This document shows, piece by piece, positions 51,754 through 64,000 of a DNA stretch of 64,000 nucleotides. Numbering within the stretch: the first letter of the stretch is position 1; every line of letters begins with the position of its first letter. Source of the stretch: Oikopleura dioica (Eukaryota; Animalia; Chordata); contig OU015567.1 of the NCBI GenBank assembly GCA_907165135.1, positions 806,001 to 870,000 of the forward strand. The letters run 5' to 3'. Position numbers and translations under genes: made by a program. The notes below the pieces were generated by a model. That model was not told the origin of the DNA. It saw only the letters and a program-made list of their open reading frames with translations, and made no database searches.

Positions 51754-53466
51754 TTTGTCTAAAAAAGAGAGGGTTTAGTGGGCGAGGAGCGGGTTGAAAG
51801 TATAACTCGTGATTTTTCAAAGCAAAACTTGTGTTGAGTGTCAATTTGAATACTTTGAATATTCATGTTAAAAATCAAAAGAAAAAAGAAAGATTGCAAA
51901 AAAACTTCGATTTTTCTGAGCTCTGATTGGCCTCTAAGCCGAATACGGAAATCTGATTGGTCTTTAATTGAACCAAGCTTTTGATCATATTTTTCCCAAT
52001 TTTCTCCACGTTTACATGATAAATTCTCATTTTGACAAATATCGGTATGTCTTAAGGGTGCGCCCAGGATGGTGCTCACTTGGCGTTGGTGTAATTTTTG
52101 CGTATCACGTGAGATGCCGGGCACCTTTCAGCTGGTGGGCACCTGACCCTTCTATCTATTATGCGCCGCGCTGTAGGTACACCACCGCCACCAGGAGCAA
52201 CGTTCGAAAAAAAAACTGGCGCAAGGAAAATTCGAGGATTCCTTCAAGGTGCCAAACAAGCCAAACGGCTGCACCTGAAGATTTTTCACGCCTTGATAGG
52301 CAAAAGCAACGTGCAGATGAGGCGGAAATATACGCTAAGCAAGGGCTGATTAGCGCGTTTGCAAGCATTCTTAGGACTCTTCTACCCTTTGATCATTTTT
52401 AAACAATGTTCGAGGGGGACCCTTATTTATTCTTATCGATAAATAAGGGTGTCTCTTTCTTAAAAATACGAGCTTGATTTGGCTCGAGAACTTGCGTAAA
52501 AAAACTGAGTCAGCGTCTGAAAAATGCTTTTATTGGACCCTGAGTCAGGTTTTTTACACAGGTTTTCGAGCTTTTGGCCAAAGTTGCGCTTCTTAGCCAG
52601 ATTATCCAATTGAATCTGGAGAGCGATCAAAATTAAAAATCGTCTTTAAAATTTCAATTTTTCTTAATCTTCCAAAACCCCTCCAAAAATCGATTGAGAT
52701 CCTTCTGGCAGGTCTTTCACGAATTCGAAATTTCACACTTTTCTACTACGCTCTCCTCCCTAATCGCATTCCGCTCGCAGCAGGAGGCTTCATTTTTTCT
52801 GATAAATGACTTTTTCAATTTTCAATTTTTCAAATTTTGAATTATGAAAAAAATGAAATCACCCCTCTTTCGCCTGGGAAAAAACGAGAGTCGGAGAACG
52901 ATAATCGTTTTTGTTTTGAGCCGAAAAAAACGGCTCGGCAGGTGATCTGCGGCCGCGCAACGGGAAGTGATAAGAAAAGGCCGAAGCTGTCAGTATCAAA
53001 GTGGAGCCCCGATTTTCCAAAATATATTTAGACTTTTTGCTCTTCTGGAAATTTTTGGAAATTTGCCCGAGCGAGAGTTTCGGAGATTTAAATCTTCAAA
53101 AAATTAACTAAAAAAAATCAGGTGAAAATTCCAGAGAAGAACGAATAAGCGTCATTTCTCTGTTAGGGGCTTTCCTTCCGAGTAAAGCACAAGATGGCGC
53201 ACCTGAGTCCACAGCGAATATTTACGCGTTATTAACAGCTCGCAGATTATTCAATTTGATCAACGCAAATATCCGAATAATTACAATGAAGAATTAAAAA
53301 GATTAAATAATTTAACTCTTTGCTCAAATCTTGAGTTACAGTTTCTTCTCAATAAACCTGTCTACTGTTCGCTCGGAAACCTGTTTTGTAAACCTGAGTC
53401 AGGGTTTGCGGTAGGGTTAGACCCTGAGTTCGACCCTGACTCAGGTTTTCTACACAGGTTTTCGAG

Positions 53467-53623
53467 GGGAGGTGTCTGGAACCGACAAAAAAATTTCGAC
53501 AAATTTTGCGTGGAAATTTTAAACCAATCAGAAGCCTGGATTCAGCAAACCGGCCAATTAGCAACCGAGTAGCCTTCCACTCAAAATTTGTCGAAATTTT
53601 TTGTCGGTTCCAGACACCATCCC
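53467..53623. mobile_element. MULE-like MITE inserted in the TIR of a hAT-like MITE (~53366-53637)
   Basis: TIR GGGA(T)GGTGTCTGGAACCGACAAAAAA; 9-bp TSD GTTTTCGAG; removing it restores the host end CAGGTTTTCGAGCCCAG. Confidence 0.93.
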
Positions 53624-56048
53624 GTTTTCGAGCCCAGTATCAACCCCCTTTTTGAGATCAATTTAAATGACTCAAAAAGGGATGATCGTTCGAATTCTCA
53701 CACTCGAGAAAACGAAGAATCAAAGTCATATCCTCCCCCGGAAGCTGCGTCAGTAATCTCAGACTCAGTCACTGACAGTAGATTGATTTTCATTTACTAG
53801 ACGGAGTGATTCTGCGTCATTCTCGTTCTCACGTAGAAAGTGTTTGTCAGAGTTTGGAATCTTCGACTTCGTCATTTTTTTTTGTTGCCCGGACTTCGAG
53901 GTGGCCCGGAAATATGAAAAAAGTTTCACTGGATCGGTAACATTTTCGCCAAACAAATGCAGCTGAACTGGATCACCTGCTTGCCAAGGCTTTATTTTGA
54001 GGAATAAGGGAACTGACGTCAAGTTTACGGAATGTCAATCCGTTTCGTATTGCAAAGTCAAGCACTTCCGCTTTGATAAAATAAGGGTGTCAACTCGTTA
54101 AAAGCCTAAGTCAGGATTTCAGAAGCAAAAATAAAAAGCCGCGTAGCGGCTATTCCGAGAAAAAAGCCGCGAAGCGGCTTCGCAAAAAAGACCATCTAAT
54201 TGCTACGATTTTAACCTGTCGACGCGGAAGAGACATTTTTTAACCATAAAACTTTGAAAATTCGATAATAAAATTATCCAAATCACTTTTTTCCTTAATT
54301 TTCAGCTAGTCATCGGTTCCCAAAACACGCGAAATCTGTGGCAATCGGTGCGATGCGCATCTGCGCGGTGTTGGTGGTGCCTGAATCAGCGCGGAATCGC
54401 TCCACCACCGAGCGGAGGTTGAGCTTCAGGTGCACCCCAGCTGCGGCTATATTATCTCTCACACCACTCACGGCAGGTTAAACTTTTCAAAATTAAGAAA
54501 AACTCCAGGAAAACGCCCGGCGGGGAGTAAAAAACTGCACGTAGCAAAATAATTCATGAGAATTTCTTACGTTTTCCATTTCAAAGTTTCGTAATTATTT
54601 TATTGCGTCAAAAATATGAATAAAATTGAACGCCCGACTGAATATATCATGAATAAAATGAACAAACTTCTGCTTAGAAATCGCTTGTTTTAAGTATAAA
54701 ATCACTATTTTTAGTGGAAAAAATATTCTTTTTTAATGTGTACCCCCTTAATTTCAAAAACATGTTCAAACTTGACCATCTTTAATCGAGAAATATACAT
54801 TTTTGAACCCTCTTTTAATTGCCTTATTCGATTTTTAAGGGTTTAACACGGTGATATATCTGAATTATAGAGGATTTTCTGGGCATATAAAAAGGGTTGA
54901 CTAAGAACATGCCAAAAAGATTTTCGAAATTTGAAATAAAAAATTCAAGAATCGAAAAATTTTTGTCAAAAAGATCAGTTCCACTCGATATATTGGAGAG
55001 TTACTGTGATCTCCTACTGTAAAAAGCTCAGGAGAAAGATTTTCTGGAAGATATTATTTTCTGGAATTCATCAGGTGAATGGTATTTGACCTGTCCTTGT
55101 ATCAGTGTGCTCACCTGTAGTAAATAGATCACGCTTCTTTGTATAATTTTCTCCGTAATTATTCCTTCTTTCTCTCTATTTTTTGCACCGTCAGGACATG
55201 GTTTTTCGATTAAAATCTCTGTAAACTGTTTGTTTTCTTTTTGGGTTTCTTATAGATGAGTTCTTATTTAAAAAACTGCTTGGCCTATATTTTCATTACG
55301 ATTTCGCTAAAGCGCAACTTGTGCTAAGCGTGCGGGAAATCCACGCAGCGGGGGGCGCTAAAGAGCGGAAAACAGAGCGGACAGGGGGAACACTTGGGAG
55401 CGCCACAGCCGGAAATTTCGCGCCACCATTGGTCGAACATCTTCTTCTTGGCTTTTGGTCAATTACCTAGGGTTAGGGTTATGTTTCCAATGGCGAAAAA
55501 TTCTTCTTAGGATCATCTCCTATCAATGCTGCTATTTCTAATTGAGTAAAGCCAGAGCAGAAAGACGGAGTAAAGTCTGTTTTGGTACAAAGAAAAAGTC
55601 CTTGTATATTTTTGAAAACCATAATTCATTAAAAAATTTAGGTCGCTGGTCAGTAACTTCTGTCGCTTGCTTTGAAAATTAATTCAAAGCATTTCGGTTT
55701 CTTAAGTATTCTTTGAAATATAATTTTTGTACTAATAATTTATAGAAATACAGCTTGAAAAGTGACTGTACTCATCCGAGTTCAAGATTTATTCTTAGTC
55801 AGATTCACAAAGGCTGGCTTCCTATGGGCGGCTTTGCACCCGCGCAAAGTGCAAAGAGCAGCTCGACGGCAGATGAAAGCAAAAGTACAGAGCGTGTCAT
55901 CGCTCAACCCACTCTCTTGCCAAACTTACAGTCATCCCTTTTTCTCAAGAATTTTTTGTTCCAGGATTTAATTAAAATTTTTTTCGCTTTTTTGAGTCTC
56001 AAAATTCGCTCGAAATTGGTTTTGAAAATAAGGGTGTCAAAAGCTTAA

Positions 56049-56734
56049 GGGTACCTAGGTCGAGTTTTAGTACCCCCTTAAACCATTTTCTGACCCTAGA
56101 ATCGGATTCTTCAGGTTCTGAGGAACAAAAAACTCTATAATGACCCTATAGTTTTCTTAATGTTTTCACCGTCAAAAACCACTACAAACATTAAAATCTA
56201 TAGGAAATGATAGCGCCTCAAATTTGGCCGAGAATTTCTTTACCTCCGATTTTGCTGATTTACGGCTCAAATGAAAGCTTATGGCCTGGTTAACATCGTG
56301 GTGAAGCTTAAAATTGCCCCACAAAATTAAATTCATTTCAAAATCTGGAAAAATGGAAGCTTATCAAGCAAAAATAAGGAATCCCCGAAGACGAGTCCTT
56401 ACTTTTGAAAATTTTGTTAAAAAAATTTTCAAAATCCAAAAATATGCTCTGTCACGATCAAAGAGGAGGCTTTAATCTACATAAATCCATAACAAAAAAA
56501 TCGGTTTGTATGAAAATTTTCGCCTGAATTTAGCGTTGAAGTCGGCGATTTTAGGCCGAGACGCCAACTTTGACTGCATTTTTTCAGAAAAAAATCTTTG
56601 AAATCGAAAAAAGTGCTCTGTCACGATCCGAGATCTAGGATGGATCTATCGAATGAGCTATTAAAAAGCTTTTTTCGTTAAGAATAAAGGGTAGTAATTT
56701 GCCCTCAAAGATAGCCAACTCGACCCAGGTACCC
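56049..56734. mobile_element. Kolobok-like non-autonomous element (686 bp)
   Basis: TTAA|GGGTACCTAGGTCGAGTT...AACTCGACCCAGGTACCC|TTAA. Confidence 0.88.
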
Positions 56735-57937
56735 TTAAGTCACTTTGAACACTGATTTTTGAGAGATTTTAAATTTGAGAATTGGTAATTTACTGGCAGT
56801 TCGTATTTTGGCATCAATCTCAAGCTCAGGCAGCTGAGATTGAGATAGGAGCTCGCTGCCTGAGTGGACGGTTGTTGATCCATTCTGTTCAAACAGATTG
56901 ATACAAAGGACAGCTTAGGCCGGAAGGGAAGCAACTTTACCCTTGGGCGCGTGCTTGAGCCAATTCAAGTGGAGAACGATGAAAACCCAGCTGATTCTTT
57001 TGCCGGCAGACAACAACGCAATTCGAAATCGTGGCCCCGGATCTTTCTCTCTCTGACGAATCAAAGTCAATTTCCGAACACCTGAAGGAATTCCCACTCT
57101 CAAGCAGAAAATCGTCAGAAACGAGAGGAACATCAGATTAATCGGGGAAATGAACCTGCGCAATCTTCAATCAACTCTTCTTTCCGGCTTTCACACTTTT
57201 CCCTCCCTTCCCATGACAATTTCGCGGAGCATGAAAATGCACCTTTCCGAGAACTTGAACGGCCTCCTTTTTTCAATAAAAGACTGGGTCGATTTTCGGT
57301 AAGCCGAAAATGAAGGAAGGTGTCTTGAACACCGGGATTAGCCAAATGGTCAAACATCGTGAGGCAAAAACAAAAGCCCCGCCCGGATGTTTCCAACATG
57401 CCAAGAATAACAGCTCAGTAAAGGATTAAAAATCATAAATTTCTTTCGATTTTTTTGGGTTGGTGTCAAAAAACGACAAAAATTCCGACATTTTTTGACC
57501 AAAATTTTGCCCTAATTCAACAGAAATTGGATTTTTGGATTCGGCCAATCAGATTTCAAAAAAAAAATGTCGCAAAAAATATTTTTTGTTGGAATTTTTG
57601 TCGGTTCCAAGCGTTTTTTGGCTTTTCAAAAATTTTTTTCAATTGAAAAATTTTCCAATAATGTCCATTTTGAACCCTTCCCCCTTTTTCCGGGAAAAAA
57701 ATCATTTGGCAACAATGTGTCTACCCTGGCCGAGCTACTCGTTACATGTCATATTAAGGGCAAGTTATCCTTTCTCGACAAAACGACAAAGTCGAGCCAC
57801 GTGACCCCCAGAGCTCTGAATAATTGGTTAAGTGTTAATTAATCTAAAAAATGTAATATGAAGGTGAAAACCGGGAATACAGCCGGCAACAGACAAATTG
57901 CTTCCGATTGATCTCCGTCAAGTCAGATTTGATTTAA

Positions 57938-58689
57938 GGATATAGCCTATGAAATTGAACTTTCATAGCGCCTAAATGCGACGTCGGATCATTTTATTTC
58001 AAAAACAATCCTATCTAAAAATGTATGCAGAACTCGATTCTGGTATTTTATTAAAAAATTCCATGTTAATTTTTCTCTGTAGAGCGTTTTGAAATCTTAC
58101 GATCGCGATTTCTCGAAATATTTACATTATATCGCTAAAACTAAACCAATGACTGCATTATCAAAGTGCTTAACTAAAATATTGTGGCTGAAAAATCCTC
58201 AAACTCGGCCAAATTTTCATTCTAGTGTTTTCCTCTTTCTTACTCCTGTTTTTCTTCCATGCGCGCTTTTTTGGGTTCAACCAATCAGAGCGCTATTTCA
58301 AACGCGCAGACTCTCTCGGGAAAGAGGAGTCGAGAGATTGAGCACCCAGCGCAGCGCTTTTTACACTATTCACGCGCCGAGGAAGCCTCACCGAAATGGC
58401 TCTAAAATCGGTTTTTGTCGGGATAAGAGAAAACCGAACCCACAATATTGTAGATAAGGGTCTAGATTACTTTTCTATCAAAAAAACTCGACCGATTAAA
58501 TGCAAATATTTCGAGAAATCGCGATCGTAAGCTTTTAAAACGCTCTACAGAGAAAAATTCGAATGAAAATTTTTAAGCAAGTACCAGAATCGAGTTCTGC
58601 ATACATTTTTAGATAGTATTGTTTTTGAAATAAGATGATCCGACGTCGCATTTAGGCGCTATGAAAGTTCGATTTCATAGGCTATATCC
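57938..58689. mobile_element. Long-TIR (~190 bp) TTAA-specific foldback element
   Basis: TTAA|GGATATAGCCTATGAAA...TTTCATAGGCTATATCC|TTAA; arms align over ~190 bp. Confidence 0.93.
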
Positions 58690-59590
58690 TTAAACTCTTT
58701 TTCCGATCGCTCCTTTCTTGGTGAAAAAAGACCTGGACTCCTGGAGACACCTGGATAAATAGGAGCTACAAATCAACGCGTTACTTTTGCTTGAAGAGCA
58801 ATATCCTGAAAAAGTCAACGCCGACACTTTCAAACATGCGAAATTTATGCTTTTCGATAACTTCAAATGTCCTCGGCTGCTGTCTTTTCTAGAGGACTTT
58901 GCCCGAAACCTGAGTCGTTTGCTCGACAACCTCGAGAACCGCTATGCGGCTTTTCATTTAGCTTTTTCAGAACCTGAGTTAGGTTTTCAACACAGGATGC
59001 GGAGCCTGAGTCAGAGTCTTGAACTACCTTGAGATTAAAAAAAAAACCTTACAAAGTTGTGTTGGCAAAGCCGCTTTGCGGCTTCGTTTTATAAAAAGCC
59101 GCTGCGCGACTTTTCTTTCTAGCTACTTTGAAACCTGACTCAGGTTTCTACACAGGTTTCCGAGCCCAGCTTCAACCCCAATTTATTTTTTCGTGTCGAG
59201 ATGAATTTGGAGCCCCTTGCACTTGAAATTTCACCCCTCAATCCTGCTGAAGACACCCCGAGATGAAAGGTGAATTAAGTCTTCTCCACAGGTGATCACT
59301 TCAGCGGCCCCAACCCTCGACATGAAAGTACATGGGCACTTGACAGCGCTCCGGGATTAAACAAATTCCATCACACCAAAATTAAAGAAAAGAAGAACTC
59401 ACTCTCTCCCACGAGCGATCATGTGGAAAGCTCTGAGCCCGGTGTTTTGTCGGGCGCATTTTTAATCAATGGATAATTGGGGATTAGCATGAGTGACGCT
59501 TTATCAGAATGCGTTTTTGAGTATCTTTTTCTCCGGAATTTCAATTTTGTTTCTCAATCTTTGAATTATTCGAATAATGAGCTTTCGAAT

Positions 59591-60075
59591 CTGGGCTCGG
59601 CAATCTGTTTAAAAACCTGAGTCAGGTTTTGAGCAGCTACAATGAAAAGCCGCGAAGCGGCTTTTATAAGATTGGAGCCGCAAAGCGGCTTCGGTGATAT
59701 TTCAAAAAATAAACGAATGTTTCTTTTGCGAAGCTGCTTTCCGGCTTCGTTTTTATAAAAGCCGCTTCGCGGCTTTTTATTTTACCACTTAAAGCCTGAC
59801 AAAGCTGATTTAGGTTCAAAATTGAGGAGAAAAAAACAAAAGGCGACAGCCTGAGTCAGGCTTTGAGTGGTAAAATAAAAAGCCGCGAAGCGGCTTTTAT
59901 AAAAGGAAGCCGGAAAGCGGCTTCGCAAACCAAACATTCGTTTTTTTTTTGGAAATATCAGCGAAGCCGCTTTGCGGCTCCGATCTTAAAAAGCCGCTTC
60001 GCGGCTTTTCATTGTAGCTGCTCAAAACTTGACTTAGGTTGCCGCCTTTTGTTTATTATCCTCAATTTTGAACTA
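59591..60075. repeat. Composite palindrome built from hAT-like MITE parts
   Basis: 59616-59810 is the inverse of ~59857-60038, and 59814-59860 is the inverse of ~60030-60075; many AAGCCGC/GCGGCTT units. Confidence 0.85.
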
Positions 60076-62420
60076 ATGAACTTCCAAGCCACTTAATTAA
60101 AATGCAACTTCAATCAAGGAAAAGGATTGCCGGTGTCCAACTGTAATAAGGAAGTGTCGGGCTTTACCGCAGGCGATTTAATTTGAAATGCAGCATTGTT
60201 GCGTTTTGCTGCATTTATTCACTCAAACCCTCGTACGGCGAGAGTCGTGCTGGATTGAATATTAAACAGTATTTATTCGACATTTTGGAAGGTTCTTGAT
60301 AATTTTCGCGCAGTTTTATAAATAATAAAGGCGCAAATATGTATTTCAAATAATAATTGAACTGTATTGTCTCTTGCGCATGTAGCTATCTGTAAATATA
60401 AGTCGCGGTTGCCAATTTCGGAATGAAGTAATTCGGAATTCTCATACAGCGGCAATTTCGGCATTGGGTATCAAAGTTATTGCATTGACAACTTTTTCGG
60501 GCTTCGGGCGGGTTCATTAAAACATAAAAAATTTACGGTTTCAGACACGTTTTTAAGCCTTGTTAAAAATTGGAAACTTGAATTTTTAAACAGAAACAGA
60601 CATTTTTGTCTGTCTTAGTTTCTTGTTATACCGTTTATATTCTTTGAAAAGCCCATTCCTATAGTATTGAGGTATTCTTTCTCTATCTCTGACAAATCCT
60701 TCTGTACTTCTTTCCTCCTTCGATTGCTTCGCACAAGCTGTTTTCGATTTCTATCTCGCCCGACTGACCAAATTCTAGGACAGAGATTAAAATTGTTATT
60801 TTTAAATTTCCTTAATTAATTTTATTCAGAGAAAAAGCCCTTTTTGGGGCTGGCGGCTCGAATCTACAAAATTGCGATAAAAATCGAGCTAGTCAAATGC
60901 GGAAATCTGATTGGTCAAAAATTTAGCAAAAATTTTGGTCAAAAATCTCTATTTTTTTGTTGATTCGATTCACCTCCGCTTTTCTTAATCGAAAAAATCA
61001 TCATTTTTTAAGATGTTTTTTATTAAAATTTTTTAACTTACTTGTAGCAAAAGAAAAGTGAAACACAATTGAACAACACAACCAGTATCCAAAGTATTAC
61101 TGTAAGTTGAGAGGTCAAGACTGGCCCCATTATTTCTGATTTCCAAAATCAAAGATCAATTTTTCTCTTCCTTGATTTCACAAGGCCGTTTCTTCCTTGT
61201 TTTGGCAAAATTTTGACTCTGTTTCTTAGTAGTTTAAAATATTAACTGAGAAAGAATCAGCTGGAATTAGGTTTACTCCGTCGAGCGCCCTCCTCTGACG
61301 GCCATAAGACGTCAATCATACCTGCGTCATTAATTCTTGATAACCCGTTAATTCAGATTTGGCTTTTTAGACGATTTTTATTAAGAAAAACATGAAAAGA
61401 AAAGTTCATTTAACTTCGTTTTCGTGGTCATCCTTCAAGGTTGTAATGTACTCGTCGAAAAGACTGTCGTCAGATAAACTGAGCATTTTTTGAGTGTGGC
61501 TTAGGGAGTCCAAGCTTTCTCCCTTTTCAATAAACGGTCTCTAAAAATGAGCAAGTTTCCGAAATTGAGAATAGTTTCGAACCTTTTGAGTTGATTTCTT
61601 GGGGTTTTTAGTCGGTTCTGGGTGCCTTTTTTCTTCTATTTTCGCTTCCGTTGTTTGGATTTTTAAGTCACATTGCTAGAATAAAAAAAAAATAGAAAAA
61701 AAGTCCAAAAACGAACCGGAATCGACATGTTCTTCTGAGGATGATAGACAGTGCAGTGCTAAAAAAACAATAAAAAACCGAAACACTTGGAAGCCTAACT
61801 AAATCTCCAACGAATCTGCTCCTTTCTCCGACAGAATGAACATGCTTGGCGCTCTTGAAATTGTTGCTTTCGACATATTCTCGCTCATTTGCTGAAAATT
61901 CCGATTAGATAATGATTCATGAATTTATCTTTCTAGGGTGCGCCAAATCCTCGAAAAAATTGGCTAGTGGAGGCTTTTTCAGCCAATAAGAGGCAAGAAA
62001 TTTTTGCGTCAGCGAATCATCGTAGAGAAAGCTCTAACCCTAACCCTAACCCAAATCCTTACCCTAAGATACGCCTCTCTTCGGCTTTTGCCCACCCTAG
62101 TCATCCTCCTTCCCCGGAAAAAATCAAACCTTACCTCTTGGATTATGCAAGCCATAAGCGTAGCACTGACTATCGCCCCGACAGGAGATGCCAAACGGAT
62201 CTAGTAGTATTAATATAAATCATGACAAGTGATTGATGAAAGCTGACTGTACTTGATTCAAATCGAATGTGCTGATTGTCGATGTTCGCTTTGCCCCACA
62301 TAAATTGACCAGAAGGCTCGAACTTAAAAAAAGGGCATTTTCTATCAGGATATCGTGTTCTCGAATAAATAATTGATCGAAACCGGCTCAATTATGAATT
62401 GACACCTAATACAAGCAGAA

Positions 62421-64000
62421 TTAATAAAATATAGAACAAACCAGGATGCAAGCAATACACCCCCGAATCAAGCAGCAAATGGTGCCAGCAATGCATGTTT
62501 TTGCCAGAATCTTCGAAAAGACTTTTTTGCGCTTTGGAGCTAGACCGGCCATGGTTCCGAGCATGATTCCCATGGTCTTTTGAGGGGATGAATATACATT
62601 TTTTGGATGGACAAGGGTCAGTTCAACACATCCCGGAATATTCGCGAAACCGCAAAGTGCGTAAGTCATTATCGTCTCGGACAGCTCAGACAGCCACATT
62701 TGATTGCCATCACAGTCGCACTTATTGGAAAAAGGTCAGCTCAGAACTCATAGAAAAGTTGATGATCACCTTATCTCGTCCAGATTCCCTGTAACCTTTC
62801 GCCGTCGCGAGGGATTGAAATGCCATAAATTCTGTGAAGAAAATTTTTTCCCCAAGCAATCGCGCGCAGAATTCAGCTTCAAAGCTTGGCACTCCTAAGA
62901 AAAATCTTCTTCAAATCATCTTGCCAAAATCCTACCCATGAGAAGAACAAATGGGCGAAAAACAACTCCAAATATCTTTTCCAGCGTAATGCTTTCAATT
63001 TCAAACAAGCCACTAAGGAAGACCACAATGTCGTTAAGACACTCGATCGCAGCCACGAAAACAATCAGCATAGCTAAAAACATGAATTAATTATTCAATG
63101 ATATTAATTTTTATTACCAGTTATATTCGCGCAAACGGGAAAAGCATCCAATGCTCCTTGTACTGCAGCGCCAAGGAGATTTTGGCCACCTTTGCTTTTC
63201 TCGTCCTCGGTTTTTTTCGTCGTCTTTTGAAAATGGGCTTCGATTAAAAAAAATGATGGAACTTACGAGTCTCGACGGCGTTACTTCTGGAAACATCAAT
63301 TTTCCCACCATCAGTGATCCAGGGGCGGACATAAACGAGCTTGTTATCAATGCTCTAGCATCAATTCCAAGCTTCAAATAAGCGCCAAGAACGGAACCAG
63401 CGATAGAAGAAAAGCCAGAGGTCATGACGCAGAAGATTTCAGAATAAGTCATGTGGTCTTTTTTCGGGTCGAAAAGAGTCCGAAATACCAAATTAAAGGT
63501 TTGTCAAACCCTGAATCTATGTAGGGCCTAATCAAGAGCGGCGACTCGGCGATGCCAACAAAGATGTTTCCGACGCAGGCGACAGCCTCTGATTGGGAGC
63601 AATTACAAGTTGCTGTCAGCGCTACCGACAAAAGCTGAATGACGAAATCCATGATGCCAATGTGATAAAGCATTGAAATCAAGGAAGAAAAGAAGATGAT
63701 CACGGGGCAGACGCCAAAGACGAAATTTGTCAGGTCTCCTTTGTATCCTTTTTAATGATTTCGAAGGTTGCTTTCGGCGAAAAAACCTCGATTGAGTTGT
63801 CAAAACCAACGATCCTGAGAACAGAAAAATTCCTCCTGCATCCGCGAATCGTAAAAGAGCCTTGATTGGCTTGCTGGAAAAAATTTTTAAAAATTTTTGA
63901 GTTTTAAAACGTACCTGAAATTTTCAATAAAAACGAAACCAACTTCAGTTTTTATCACAAAAGCAGCGATGAAAAACTGCAGCAAAAAGCCCACCAAGAT
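62421..64000 (-). CDS. SLC28: Concentrative Na+/nucleoside cotransporter (SLC28/CNT family), 5' part outside the window
   Basis: GFLLQFFIAAFVIKTE; VIIFFSSLISMLYHIGIM; EAVACVGNIFVGIAESPLLIRPYI; MTSGFSSIAGSVLGAY; SSFMSAPGSLMVGKLMFPE; YALCGFANI; last exon uncertain. Confidence 0.95.

Noticed and set aside
56740-57400. Several medium-length open frames
   Set aside because: No motif or coherent exon chain on either strand
1-64000. rRNA, spliceosomal snRNA or SL RNA genes
   Set aside because: No match to remembered 5S, U2, U5, U6 or Oikopleura SL sequences by eye; an Infernal scan would be needed to exclude them

Overview
This is AT-rich eukaryotic DNA, most likely from a larvacean tunicate (Oikopleura-like). 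That call is inferred from the ~30-60 nt introns, GA/GG/GC splice donors, a Tor-type env-bearing gypsy element and a lineage-expanded Cys-rich/Kelch-like gene family. The main feature is a full-length 8.56 kb Ty3/gypsy LTR retroelement on the minus strand (6985-15547). It has near-identical LTRs, a 5-bp TSD, PBS, PPT, gag, pol and a class-I-fusion env, and it sits inside a hAT-type MITE. Every break in pol and env is repaired by adding one base to a short homopolymer run, so the element is probably intact. An upstream ORF starting MGKGIS may be a myristoylated matrix-like N-terminus of Gag. Host genes I could assemble exon by exon are netrin (14 coding exons), a partial SLC28/CNT nucleoside transporter, a divergent bZIP factor missed by the ORF track, two Kelch-like genes and several orphan membrane or secreted proteins. 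The rest is a dense, nested set of non-autonomous DNA transposons of hAT-like (8-bp TSD), MULE-like (9-bp TSD) and Kolobok-like (TTAA) type. All calls come from manual reading; no database search was run.
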